Assembly (NCBI RefSeq): GCF_036321535.1
Contig: NC_087437.1
Location: 72,356,001 to 72,420,000 of the forward strand
Length of the DNA stretch: 64,000 bases
From: Camelus dromedarius
Lineage: Eukaryota
Direction: 5' to 3'
Shown: piece after piece, positions 1-12,801 of the stretch
Position numbering within the stretch: the first letter of the stretch is position 1
Layout: each line of letters starts with the position of its first letter
Made by a program: the position numbers and the translations under genes
Notes under the pieces: model-generated
Told to the model about the DNA's origin: nothing
Seen by the model: the letters and a program-made list of their open reading frames with translations, nothing else
The model's database searches: none

Positions 1-11
1 AAACAGATGAG
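1..11 (+). CDS. ATG3: ATG3 coding exon, 3' end only (..ETDE), truncated by window start
   Basis: (G)AA ACA GAT GAG followed by GT at 12-13; joins in phase 0 to ATLDTRK in the next exon, as in mammalian ATG3 (..ETDE/ATLDTRK..). Confidence 0.85.
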
Positions 12-240
12 GTCTGTAAATTGCTTTCTTTAATTTTTAATGAATAAACTTGAGGATTGGTGTTCTTAATATATCAAACAAGTCTTTATATATGTACATC
101 ATTTATAGCATATAACATTTTAACTTTGAGTTTTGTTATATCTGCTTTTAAAAAAATATATAGAGTGGGAAAACAGATTTTCTAAAATATCACACTCATA
201 GTGATTTTAATGATTGTAAATTTTTTACCACGATTGCCAG

Positions 241-396
241 GCTACCCTGGATACAAGGAAAATAGTAGAAGCTTGTAAAGCTAAAACTGATGCTGGAGGT
301 GAAGATGCTATTTTGCAAACCAGAACTTATGACCTTTACATCACTTACGATAAATATTACCAGACGCCACGACTATGGTTGTTCGGCTATGATGAG
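241..396 (+). CDS. ATG3: ATG3 coding exon (156 nt): [52 protein letters not shown]
   Basis: CAG acceptor ending 240, GTAAAC donor at 397; my translation matches the recalled ATG3 sequence. Confidence 0.97.
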
Positions 397-1169
397 GTAA
401 ACTTATTTTCATGTAAATGTTTTAAATCATTAGGTTTCATCCCTTTGTCATTATGTCCATAGTATGTATTTTGGCCATTTAAATTTTAGAAATCATTTGT
501 TTTGTAATTTTATGATTAATATTGACTTTGATTCTTATTTTGAAGAAACTATCAATTATTCAGTGTGACAACAACACTACCAAGAATTAAACAATCTGTT
601 ACATGTTTATTTCTTGGTCACTAAGCTTATATCTTCAAAATTTGAGGGAAGCTGAAGTTGGCTTGTTTTATTAAATTGTGTTTGGGATTATATCTATTGG
701 ATGTTTGGATATATATAGGCATTTACAGAATGATAATGTTGCATGTAATTTTTTTTTCCCCTTAATACAGAAACCTTTTTTTACCCATTCACATAATTGA
801 ATTAAAGGATAACTAAAATAAAACTAACTTGTTTAACCTGTCAGCATTACAATGACTATAAATGGGAAATAGGAAAATAAAACGATATAAACCTTAAAGA
901 TGTTATAAAGTTATAAAGTGTTTTGATAGCCATGAACCTGTCTTTTTTGTGGGATCTTTACTGCATTAGATGGTGGCTGATGTCACATGGCCTTGCTGAA
1001 CAGACTGTCTCCTCCCTCCCTACTGGGTATATAATTTCCCCCCAATAATCTGGTAATTCCGAGTAGTCTAGAATTCTAAATTGCAAGTGATATGGGAGGT
1101 TTGGATAAATACAAACACTGAAGTTTAGGCCTAAAACAGTAATTTCAAAGCATTTTTTTATGGTTTCAG

Positions 1170-1297
1170 CAACGGCAGCCTTTAACGGTTGAGCACATGT
1201 ATGAAGACATCAGTCAAGATCATGTGAAGAAAACAGTGACCATTGAAAATCACCCTCATCTTCCACCACCTCCTATGTGTTCAGTTCACCCATGCAG
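1170..1297 (+). CDS. ATG3: ATG3 coding exon (128 nt): [42 protein letters not shown](R), containing the catalytic HPC cysteine (TGC 1293-1295)
   Basis: tttcag acceptor ending 1169, GTATGT donor at 1298; overlaps track ORF 1197..1433, whose first half is ATG3. Confidence 0.98.
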
Positions 1298-3241
1298 GTA
1301 TGTGTGTGTATTATTCTTCATGGATTTATTACTTGGGAGTGTGTGCAAGCATAGTGCCCTAACAAAAAATTTACTTAATGAACAAAATTCTCTTTTGTCT
1401 TCTTTAGAAATGTTTTTATGCTTAAATATATAAGAAAAAAAACTTAACAATTTGTTTAGATTCATTAAGAATGTTTTTTTTTTGCTCTTTGTGTGTGTTT
1501 AGTTATAATATATATTTGTGATTTTACTGCTGTTGTTATAAGCTCCAAAATAGTTTGGAAGATCCTTTTTAGGTTAAAAAATACTAATCATTTAGATATA
1601 GTTTGCTCTATTATAATGCTTCTTTCTGTGAATGTGGAATATAAAGTTAACTCTGTGCTTTTTCTAGGTGACCCATTTATCTCCTTTTATTGGTTTTATA
1701 ATTTAGGATTTCTTTGAATCAATGTTTTAACAGGGCCAAATAAGTGAAGCTGAGTCTATATACATGATTTGTTTAGGATTTTCCTTAAAAGAAACAAAAT
1801 ACAACGTTAACATGCAAATTTCTTTCAGTTAGTTATTTCTAGTGGGTAACTTCTACAAATCATTGAGAAATTCTGGGAGCAATATTTTTCAAATGAAAAC
1901 TCTGATACTCCATTGACTAATTAGATGCAACATTCTAGTTTTTAAAAATCCTTTGACACTAAAAAAATTTTTTCTTTTTACAACCCCTTTATTCCTAAAC
2001 TTTATCCCATAGAAAGCCTAGTTCATTTTTCCAATTTATGTCAAGGCTGTTAATATTGCTAAATGTCAAATGTAATTCAAGTAATTGTTTAAGTTTAGAA
2101 TAACCTAAAAGGTTTTCGTATTGAGAATTATTTTGTTGGTCCCTCTATGGTTTGAGATTTTAGAATGGCATTTATCAAACTGAGCCAGCTCTTTTTCTGA
2201 GGTATAAACTTTACTTAGTGGGGAAAAGAGATAACTAATTTAACTGGTAATGTTAATGTTAAATATTTTAATAAATAACTGTTCTGGAATATAATGTAAA
2301 TGTGGCACACACACAGAGAGCTGGGGGCTTGTTAAATGAGACTGCAAGGACATTTTAGGCCTTTCCATCAACTACCTCAAATTATGTCTTTATATTCTCA
2401 GGGCTAATACATTTACTCTCATCTTCTAAGGTGACTGCCTCTGTCAGTGAAGGTTATATTCATAAAAATTAAAGTGGCTTTATTTAAGCCAGGATACGTA
2501 TAAAAGTTCATTTCTTTTCTGTGATGCCGTTATGTGCCCAAGCAGTTACTTTGCTATCACTTTTCTCTGGCACAGGAGAGACACCAGTTGGCCACGAAAA
2601 AGCTTGTGGAAAACTTCAGATAAATATCTTTCTTTATATGAAGCCAAAAAATTTTCTGAATAGAATCAGATAATTTTTACAATACACATTAGAACAAGGG
2701 AAAAAAATATTAACTGCTTGATTCTGACCAATTAGCTTCTCTTTAACTCACTTTTGGCTTGTTCTCAGCTAAATGTTTGAACAGTCAAAATTACAGCATT
2801 AGAAATAGCTCTGTTTTTCTTTTAACCGACTGTTACCATGTCGCTTATTTAAATTTGCTTGGTCTGATTCTTTTTTTGTTTCTCAGAGCAGACAGCCCTT
2901 GCTCTGCAGTTATGCTCTGGCATGATTTTCCTTTCTCTGATTTTCTGCCCTCCCCACCCCTCTTCCGTCTGCATTATAGGAAAGCTAAGTAGTCCCATTG
3001 TGTTCATTTGTGACTACTGTAGCTTTTTAAAATTATTCTCTCCCCTAGTAAAGCTGTCTACATGACTCAACAGTCTGTCTTCTTGGGGAGTAGGGAGGAG
3101 ACTATTTTACAGTATTGCTGTTATGTATTAAAATTAATTCACTGACAATAGTAAAGTAGACTTCTTCACAAACAAAAAACTTGTTTTTCCTATTTTGATC
3201 TAATAGATCTATACTAAGATGATTTGTTCTTTTGCTTTTAG

Positions 3242-3310
3242 GCATGCTGAGGTGATGAAGAAAATTATTGAGACTGTTGCAGAAGGAGGAGGAGAGCTTG
3301 GTGTTCATAT
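3242..3310 (+). CDS. ATG3: ATG3 penultimate coding exon (69 nt): (R)[22 protein letters not shown](M)
   Basis: Pyrimidine tract plus TAG acceptor ending 3241; phase 2 at both ends; followed by the U12-type donor GTATCCTT. Confidence 0.97.
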
Positions 3311-4930
3311 GTATCCTTACCTGTGTATGTGATTAGTGGCAATTTGGCTTCTGAGATTTTTTCTTTCCTTTTTGGGAAATTTAGTGTAAACTTAATGGCA
3401 CAATACCTATAACTTGTTTTAGTCCCTGGTAGGAACTAGAAGTCTTAGTGGGAAGCTTTTATTTAGAAAATGTTACATTGTGGTAGTTCTGGCCTTGTTT
3501 AGTTAATTAGCACATGTCCCTGTGTGCACCAATTAGCTCTGCCTTGTTGCAGAGCCTCAGAGCAGTATGTGCTTCTAGGTAGCAGCTTGCCAAATGCTTT
3601 TGTTTGTTGAAGAGGCAATGGCTAAGAGGCAATGGCTAAGAGTATGTCTTTACAAAACTGTTAACGCTTGATGGAAAAGAAACTCAATGGGCTTAATCTA
3701 TTGATGAAAGATGGGTAACCTATGAATTTAGAGGCTAACACATGAGCGTCTTTTTCTTAAGTTTATTTCTGATTTACCATATTATCAGAAATGCACTTTC
3801 CCATGATGTAAAAGTGAAGTTGGGTTCTGTCAGTCTGAGGTCTCTCTGAAGCAGAGGATTCAGATTAAACAAGTAGGGTAATTAAAAAGTAAAGCACATG
3901 AAGCCTATTTCAGGTAGTCTTAAAATACAGTGTTTTCATTTTTCTCCAGCTAAAAGCACCCCTTCAATTATCTGGGGTTGCAAGAGGAATTAAGTAAACT
4001 ACTGGATCCTGAAATACATGTACCCATAGCATGGATTCATCAAAAGCAGCCAAAGCCAATGATTTGAATTCCAAAAAGCTTGAATTAGTTTGGTGCTAGA
4101 TTGCTATTAGACTTGGTGGTTAGTTGTTAGTTGTTAGTTGCCACTCGGTGTTAGTTGTAGACCGAGGAGTCACCACTGTGTCAGAACTACAGATAACCTA
4201 AGTGTTGCTAATAGAGCATGTCCCTCAGAGAAGCACTGGGCTGGTTTGATACTGAAACAAACCAAGAACTTCTGGTCCAAACCTGAAATCCTGTTACGCA
4301 TAATTTGAACATTCATCTCTGTTGGATGCTAGATAGAAACTTGGAAGACTATGTAATTCATAGTTGAGTCATCAATTCCTCCAATAAAAAATAAGCTCTT
4401 AGTGTTTCCAAGTGCAGTGGAGCATAGAAAAAAATTCAGGATTTTATTAAAGACAGTGCAGTGTAGCAGATTCTATGGCAGGTACGTATACAAACCTAGA
4501 CTCAGTCCTTATGTGGTTTTCACTTAATTAGTTTTTGCTCTTTTGCTTCAGTGCTTTTATATTCTTTGCCTTGTCTTATTATCTGACACGCTGTAGCAAA
4601 CTTAAAGGCAGTAAAAAGAACATTTTCGACTCAAATATATATAGCCTTCCCCTTATTTTTATATCAAAATACTTGAGCTCATACTCACTAAGAAGTTTCA
4701 CATGCAAATATTAAATAGAATGGGTTAGACATTCTTAAAGATATGGAGAACCTTGTGTTGAATAGACACAAACTTGCATGAGTGAATTTTTTTTTAATAT
4801 ACTTGATTTAAGATTTTGTCTTCTGTATTTTTACCTGAGAAGTTATTGCTTGATAAAATGGATAATTACAATGTTAGCTTAAATCATAGAACTATTTACC
4901 AATTTATTTTCCTTATCTAAACACATTTAG
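3311..4930 (+). other. ATG3: U12-type (minor spliceosome) GT-AG intron, last intron of ATG3 (1620 nt)
   Basis: 5' site GTATCCTTAC matches the U12 consensus RTATCCTT; branch-like TTTTCCTTATC at 4907-4917, with A4915 15 nt before the intron end; no polypyrimidine tract between it and the AG. Confidence 0.9.
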
Positions 4931-5012
4931 GTATCTTCTAATTTTCTTGAAATTTGTACAAGCTGTCATTCCAACAATAGAATATGACTACACAAGACAC
5001 TTCACAATGTAA
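4931..5012 (+). CDS. ATG3: ATG3 last coding exon: (M)[26 protein letters not shown]
   Basis: TAG acceptor ending 4930; translation gives the canonical ATG3 C-terminus; TAA at 5010-5012. Confidence 0.98.
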
Positions 5013-5113
5013 CGAAGAGAGCATAGAATCTATCCTAATTCTGTTCCTATTTTTAAAGAATTAACCCATAGATGTGACCATTGACCATATTCACCAATAT
5101 GTACAATTTATCT

Positions 5114-5182
5114 AATAAAGGGACTTACATGTTTATGCATTAAATAAAAAAGTTCCACTACCAGCCTTACTAGATTAATAAA
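5114..5182 (+). terminator. ATG3: ATG3 polyadenylation signal cluster
   Basis: AATAAA at 5114-5119, 5143-5148 and 5177-5182, followed by a T-rich tract near 5200-5215. Confidence 0.75.
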
Positions 5183-6440
5183 AATGAGTGTAAAGAGACC
5201 ATTTTTTTGCTTTTTATCAAAAGGTGATGTTAGTATTTTCCTTAAATAATAATTCTTTACGTACAGAAGTATCTCATACAGAATGATGATAAGAGTATTT
5301 TTGGTTCACTTTTAGGTATTTAAATGTGTGATAGTGTGAGAACTGGGACTAGGAATACTGCATGCTAGACTCACCTTCCCTTCTTTCTCTTCCTCTGTTC
5401 CTTTTTTTTCCCCGTCTCTGTCTCTCTAAGTCTCCTATCTGCTAATCATTAATACTGATGAAGTGCTTACTGTGTGCCAGGAGATCTGTAAAGTGCTGTT
5501 ACTTATTTTGTTTCTGGATTGTTTTGTTAGGTTGATACCATCGAAGTTATTTTTAATTAAGGATTCAGGAATATATCTCCTGTGGTGATTGCCTGGTAGA
5601 ATATTAGAATTTGAAGGTGTCCCTTTGTTGTGTCACATCACTTTACAGATCTGGGTCTGGGAGTTCAGAACGGTTGTGTGTGTTCTTAGGGACATGCACT
5701 GAGAGCGAAGGGGTAGAGCTCAGGCCCTCTGATGACTTCTTTTACATTTTCTTTGTGCCTCCACAGTGCCCTTGTCCCTGTTCTTTCCATTCTGCGTATA
5801 ACGGGAGTGGCTAACCCTACCTGTGAGGAACCTTTGTTTGTTTATTCTTCATCATTCAAGAATATTCTCCTTACTTCTAGTGCCTCTTTATTTCCTCTCT
5901 TTCCATTTGTAGCCCAATTTTTGTGTTTTAAGAAAATCTCTGTAATGAAAATAACAGGTTGGTACAGTGGTGTGGTGTTTGATATGGTATAATGTGGAAT
6001 TATAAACAGGGGTGTCATCTTCTCATATACTTCAGATTTCCTGCTTGTCTTGTAACCAGGAAGCTACTCTCCTTTCTAAATTTAATCTTCCAAACTGATT
6101 TTACTGAAATATCCTACTTCTGAATACATTTTGTTTAAATGATACTAATACTAGATATTATCACATCGTCAACATTTTCCTCCCAGTTAAGCTTCTTAAA
6201 TCAGCAGTCATATTTATCTCAGTCACCACTAGGTGGCATAAATGATTTTGTTGGTCAAACGTTTTTATTCTCAGATCTTTTCCAATTGAAAATTTTATAT
6301 GGATCCCCAACACCTAAAACAAATGTGGATATATTAATGGTATAAATATGTTTTTATGAGTTTACATTTCTAGCACTCACTGAGAAAATTGGACTGGTTT
6401 GGTGAACAGTGAAGTTTTGATGAGCTTAGAATTGGAATTC

Positions 6441-6867
6441 CATTTGCAGCAACGTCGATGGACCTGGAGATTGTCATTCTAGGTGAAGTAAGCCAGAAAG
6501 AGAAAGAAAAATGCTATATGGTATCACTCATATATGGAATCTAAGGAAAAAAAAGACACAAGTGAACTTATTTACAAAATGGAAATAAACTCAGATATAT
6601 AAAATAAACTTATCGTTACTGGAAGAAAGGGGGTGGAAAAGGATAAATTGGGAGTTTGAGATTTGCAGATACTAACTATATATAAAATAGGTAAACAACA
6701 AGCTCCTACTGTGTAGCACTGGGAACTATTCAATACCTTGCTGTAAACTATAATGAAGAAGCATATGAAAATGAATACATGTATGCTCATGTATAACTAA
6801 AGCATTATGCTGTACACCAAAATTGACACAACATTGTAAACTGACTATATTTCAATTAAAAAAAGAA
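6441..6867 (+). mobile_element. 5'-truncated young LINE-1 (ORF2 end, 3' UTR, A-tail)
   Basis: L1 ORF2 C-terminal sequence (ccatttgcagcaac..atggacctggag), A-rich tail, perfect 13-bp TSD AGAATTGGAATTC at 6428-6440 and 6868-6880. Confidence 0.92.
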
Positions 6868-7154
6868 AGAATTGGAATTCAGATTATAGATGACAATTTT
6901 AAAAGCCTTGTATCCAGTTTATTTTTATATTTGTTTCATGGCATTTTTAAATGTCTTATTTGCGTAAGTAGTAGAAAGTGGTAATACATTTTTTTCTAAC
7001 TTTTTATTTTGAAATAACTTTAGATACACAGAAGAATTGTTAAGTACTGTACATCTTTCACTTGGCTTCCTCTAATGTTAATATCCTATGTAAACATGAT
7101 ACATTTATCAAAACGAAGAAACAATTAACATTGATAAAATACCATTAACTATAG

Positions 7155-7915
7155 TTTTTTTTTTTTTTGCTGTTTGTGCATTTTATTTTTTTCTTGCCTC
7201 TTTATTTTTTATTTTTATTATTTTTTATTTATTTGTCTTTATTGAGTTATAGTCAGTTTACAATGTGTCAATTTCTGGTGTATAGCATGATTTTTCAGTC
7301 ATACATGAATATACATATATTCATTTTCATACTCTTCTTCACCGTGAGCTACAAGATCTTGTATATATTTCCCTGTGCTATACAGTATAATCTTGTTTAT
7401 CTATTATATATATACCTGTCAGTAACTACAAATCTCGAACTCCCAGTCTGTCCCTTCCCACCCCTCTCCACCCCCCAGCAACCACAAGCTTGTGTTCTAT
7501 GTCTATGAATCTTTTTCTGTTTTATATTTAAGTTCATTTGTCTTTTTTATTTTTTGAGATTCCACATATGAGTGATCTTATATGGTATTTTTCTTTTCTT
7601 TCAGGCTTACTTCACTTAGAATGACTTTCTCCAGGGATAGCCATGTTGCTGCAAATGGCATTATGTTGTTATTTTTGTGGCTGAATAGTATTCCATTGTA
7701 TTAATATACTACAACTTCTTTATCCAGTCACCTGTTGATGGACATTTAGGTTGTTTCCATGTCTTGGCTATTGTAAATAGTGCTGCTATGATCATTCGGG
7801 TGCTGGTGTTTTTTCAATATATCCTTCTGGATATTATGCCCAGGAGTGGGATTGCTGGGTCATACGGTAAGTCTGTTTTTAGTATTTTGAGGAATCTCCA
7901 TACTGTTTTCCACAA
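7155..7915 (-). mobile_element. LINE-1 3' end, young subfamily
   Basis: T-rich tail from 7155; closely similar to the L1 at 19907-21404. Confidence 0.85.
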
Positions 7916-7924
7916 TCTTGCCTC

Positions 7925-9930
7925 TTTTTTTAAAATTGAAATATAGTTGATTTACGATATTGTATTAGTTTCAGGTGTTTAGCATAGTGAATCACAGTTT
8001 CTAAAAATTATATTCCATTTATAGTTATTTAAAATATAGTCTATATTCTCTGTGCTGTACAATATACCTTGTAGCTTATTTATTTTGCATATAGTAGTTT
8101 GTACCTCTTAATCCTATACCTCTGTCTTGTCCCTCCCCACTTCTCTCACCTCACTGGTAACCACAGATTATTTTCTGTATCTCTGAATCTGTTTCTATTT
8201 TGTTATATTGTTTTATTTTTTAGATTCCATGTGTAAGTGATAACATAGAGTATTTGTCTTTCTCTATCTGACTTACTTCACTAAGCATAATATCCTTCAG
8301 GTCCATCTATGGCAAAATTACATTCTTTTTAATGGCTGAGTATTATTCCATTGTACACATATACTACATCTTCTTTATCCATTCATCTGTTGACGGACAC
8401 TTGGGTTGCTTCCATATCTTGGCTATTGTAAATAATGCTGCTGTGAACATTGAGGTGTGTGTGTCTTTTTGAATTAGTGTTTTTATTTTCTTCAGATATA
8501 TACCCAGGAGTGGAATTCCTTGATCATATGGTAGTTCTGTTTTTATGTTTTTTGAGGAACCTCTATACTGTTTTCCACAGTGGCTGCACCAATGTACATT
8601 CTCACCAACAGTGTACAAGGGTTCCCTTTTCTCCACATCCTTGCTAACATTTGTTATTTGTGTTCTTTTTGATGAAGGTCGTTCGGAGAGGTGTGGGTTG
8701 ATATTCATTGTGCATTTGATTTGCATTTCTCTGATGACTAGCAATGTTGAGCATCTTTTCATGTGCCTGTTGGCCATCTGTATGTCTGTAAATGTGTCTA
8801 TGCAGGTCTTATGCCCATTTTTTAATCGGGTCTGTTTTTTGGTATTGAGTTATATGAGCTGTTTATATATTTTGGATATTAACCCCTTATTGGTCTTATC
8901 ATTTGTGAATATTTTCTCCTATTCAGTAGTTTTTTGTTTTTTTTTTCACTTTGTAGATAGTTTCCTTTGCTGTGCAAAAGCTTTCAAGTTTAATTAGGTT
9001 CTGTTTGTTTCTTTTTGTTTCCTTTACTTGAGGAGACAGATCCAAAAAATATTACTACAATTTATATCAAAGAGTGTTCTGCCTATGTTTTTTTTTTTCT
9101 AGGAGTTATGGTTTCTGGTTTCTGGTCTTATATTTAGGTCTTCATATACTGATCTTATGATTCCACAATGTTGCTAAATTCATTTTTAATCTGGTAGTTT
9201 ATTGTAGATCCTTTTAGATTTTCTCTATAGATAATCATATCATCTGCAAATATAGACAGTTTTTCTTTCTTTCCAATCTATGTGTCTTACAGTTTTCTTG
9301 TATCATTAAACTGGATAGGACTTCAAGTACAGTGTTGAGTAGGAGTGATGAGAGCGGACCTCCTTGCCTGTTCCTGATCTTTGGATCAGTTTCTCACCAT
9401 TAAGGAGGCTGTTAGCTGTAGCTTTTTGTACATGTTCTTTATCAGGTCGAGAAAGCTCCGTTATATTCCTAGTTTGCTAAGAGTCTATCATAAATGTTGG
9501 ATTTTGTCAAATTTGTTATATCTGTTTAAACAATCATGGTTTTTAAAAATTCTGTTAATATGAATTACATTGGTTATTGAGACAGCCTTGCATTCCACAG
9601 GTGAGACACATATTATTTTCATGTATTGCTAGAATCGCTTTGCTAAAATTTTATTGATGAGTTTTATATCTGTGTCTATGAGGGATATTGGCAGTGATTT
9701 TCTTCTGTTGTCTTTGTCTGATTTTGATTTTACAATAGTGATAGCCTCAGTATGAGTTGGGATGTGTTTGCTTCTCTTATGTTTTCTTGACAATATTATG
9801 TAGGATTAGAATTTGCCAGTGACACTATCTGGGCCTTGAGGTTTTGGGGAAAGTTTTAAATAGATTCAATTTCTGTATTATATATAGGACTGTTTTTTCT
9901 AGGGTTGGACAATTTGTGTATTTTTGAAGG
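7925..9930 (-). mobile_element. LINE-1 3' UTR and ORF2 fragments, older; probably more than one element
   Basis: Track ORF 8364..8777 (-) translates to L1 ORF2 C-terminal motifs ([36 protein letters not shown]). Confidence 0.85.
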
Positions 9931-11264
9931 AATTTTGTCCTGTAGTAGAAATAGAGAGGAAAGATCCTGATGGCGTCCTGCCTCCTGTCTGGCTGCTGTT
10001 CCCCCGCCCCAGGTCTGCACCACAGCGGTCACTTCTTAGGGCTCTTTCTGTGAGTGCCAGGTAGAGTTCATGGGGCAGCAGCATGTGAGAGGATGCCAGC
10101 CAGTGTCTTCAGCCCCACTGATTTCACACTGTTCTTCCATTCTGCAGTCTGTCTTCACCTGTTTGCCAGCTGTTCCAGCTGCACTAGCTGCGGTGGGCTT
10201 GTGTCTTCTCTCCTCTTCCAAGGAGAAAATTTTGGACCATTTGTTTCCCTTGCAACCTTAGGTCTCATATGAGTTCACATAAAGTCTTAAATTTGAAGCT
10301 AGTGCTGCTCTTTTTTGTTGCAAGGGTGAAAATACCACTTTTTCCAGCTCTCCACATCCTGAAGAAGTTTGTTTTTTAAAACACCAATTCAGTTTCAAGA
10401 TATATTCTTCAGTTAAGTCAAATGGTGGAAGAATGCTTATTCTGACCTCTTCACATAAATGATTTAACCTGGAAGTACACTGTGATGATAGTGTACTAAG
10501 CATTCGCTTGTAAAATGTTGGTGTTTACACTCTTAACAACTGAAAAAAATAGTGTATTTTTAAAATAATTCAAGTAAATCTGAGAGCTGCCAAACCACTC
10601 TGCAAAACTCACTTGTTTGAAGAATGTATAGTTAATTGTGTAGGGTTTGGACTTCTGTTTCGGGGAAGAGGAGAGACAACCAAGCAAGATAGGTGTAGAT
10701 TCTTCTAAAAATATTAGGTCAATAAGGATAGTAGGCTTGTAGAAGGACTCCTGTTTTAAGTGCATGAACTCTAGTCAGTCGATTAATGGATAAAGCTTAA
10801 TGTTACTTATTAAGCTACAGAATGCTTTGTATTTATAATTTATACTCTTCCTTCTTCCAAACAAAAATTTAAAGGAATATGGTAGATCTTAAGAGTGAAA
10901 AATTATATATGCCTGCATTGAGGTAAATCTGCCCTAATTAGAGTATAGAAGTAAACCAGAAACACTTGAGAAGGGTAAAATTAAAAACTTTCTAGAAGAA
11001 AATGTAGGAAAATATCTTGTGATACAGAAGGGCTTCTTAAATAGCAGTCTCCCCCCAACATGGGCTATGTGGCAGGAAAAAAAAGATGAATTTTATTATA
11101 CCAAAATTATGAATTTATTTTCAGAAAAAAACTATAGGCATATTTAATAGAAAAATAGTAGTTTGGGAGAGGATGTTAATAAAAATCTAAAACTGACAGG
11201 GGACTCTTTATCTTTTTGGACTATATAGGAAAGTCCTAGAAATCAAAACAAAAAAACTCCAGGG

Positions 11265-11792
11265 TGTTAGTATATTGCTTATATAACAAATTACCCACAA
11301 ATGTAGTGGGTTAAAACAGTAAGCACTTAACTCTCACAGCCTCTATGGGTCAGAAATTTGGGAGTGGCTTAGCCATGTATTTCTGTGTCAGGGGTTTCAT
11401 GATGTTGCAGTCAGCGTGTTGGCGACAGCTGCGTATCTGAAGGCTTACCTGGAGCTGGAAGGTCCAGTTTAAGATGTCTCATTCACCTGCCGAATGTCTG
11501 GCAAGTTGGTGCCGGCTGGTGGCTCTTTTTCCCCTTGTGGATCTCTTCATAAAACTTCTTGAGTTTCCCCAGGACGTGACGGCAGCCTCTCCTAGAATAA
11601 GTCATCTAAGAGAATAAGGCAGAAGCCACAGTACCTATTATGACCTAGTCTCAGAATTCACGTGCTGTAATTTTTCAGTATCCTTACTAATTACACAGGT
11701 GAGCCCTGTATAGTGTAGGAAGGACACATTCACAAAAAGGTGTGAATGAAGGAAGGATCATTAATGGATTATCTTGTAGGCTCAATACCATA
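11265..11792. mobile_element. ERVL-MaLR (MLT1-type) solo LTR
   Basis: Recalled MLT motif 'taacaaattaccc..tagtgg.ttaaaaca..ctcacag..gggtcagaaatttgggagtggcttag'; boundaries approximate. Confidence 0.65.
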
Positions 11793-12079
11793 GCCAGGAA
11801 TCCCAATTAAAAAAAAAAAAAAAGATGAAATATGAACAGGCAATTTGTAGAAGAAATGTAAAAAGCTAACAAGTGTGTTAAGAAACTCAAACTTACCAGA
11901 GAGGTGTTAATTAAAACAATGATGCTGCTTTATACCTGTTCATTTGGGAAACGTGGTTAGATAACGGTAAGCATTCAAAAAGGTGAAGGTAGAGGAACCA
12001 TCATGCACTGCTGGTGGAATGTAGACTGGCACAGCATTTTAGAGAGGAGTCTGTTGGTACCTGGTAAATTAAGTATGTC

Positions 12080-12593
12080 ACCTCAGATTCAATTAGTTTG
12101 CTAGAGTGGCTCACAGAACTCAGAGAAACACTTAACATTTACCAGTTTATTAAAGGAAATGATGAAGAATACAGATGAACAGCTAGATGAAGGGTGAGGT
12201 CTGGGGAAGTTTCCTGGGTGCAGGAGCTTCTTTTGCTGTGAATTTGAGGTGCATCAGCTTCCCAGAGTGATGTGTTTGCCAACCTGAAAGCACTGCAAAC
12301 ATCATGTTATTGGGATTTTGTGGGGGCTTCCTCACTTGGGCATGATTGATTATTGTTTCTAGCGCCTGTCCCCTATCTGGATAATGGGGAGGTAGGGCTG
12401 AAAATTCTAAGCTTCTAATCATGGCTTGGTCTTTCTCATTAAAAGCCCTGATCTAAGAGCCCACCCAGAGTCACCTTGACAGAGAAAAAGATGTTCTTAG
12501 TACTCTTATCACGTAAGAACTTACAAGGGTTTTAGGAGCCCTGTGTCAGGAACCGAGGACAGAGACCAATATATATATTTATTACTCTATTAC
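12080..12593. mobile_element. MER21-like ERVL LTR
   Basis: Recalled MER21 motif 'ttgctagagtggctcacagaactcagagaaacactt..ccagtttattaaagg'; ends in tattaca. Confidence 0.6.
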
Positions 12594-12801
12594 AGGGAAT
12601 ATATAGGAGGATGCTCATTGCTGTTTTGTTTGTGATGACAGGAGTTGGAAGCAGTCTGGGTGTTTTATCGTTGGTCTGGGTGTTTATCATTGGTCCGGAT
12701 ATCAGGTACTGTATGGCAATTCGATACATAATAAATACACATAAGACAACATGGATAGATCTTAAACATTGTTCTAAATTTTTAAAATTTCAGTTATTTC
12801 C

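Noticed and set aside
1298..1433. C-terminal half of track ORF 1197..1433 as ATG3 coding sequence
   Set aside because: It is read-through past the GTATGT donor at 1298; ATG3 continues at 3242.
3610..4140. Short direct repeats in the ATG3 last intron (AAGAGGCAATGGCT x2; GTTAGTT x3) as a structured array
   Set aside because: Simple slippage duplications without spacers; no CRISPR-like or higher-order array was seen anywhere in the window.
9899..10272. Several overlapping short ORFs in a moderately GC-rich patch downstream of ATG3
   Set aside because: No recognisable protein similarity or convincing splice framework.
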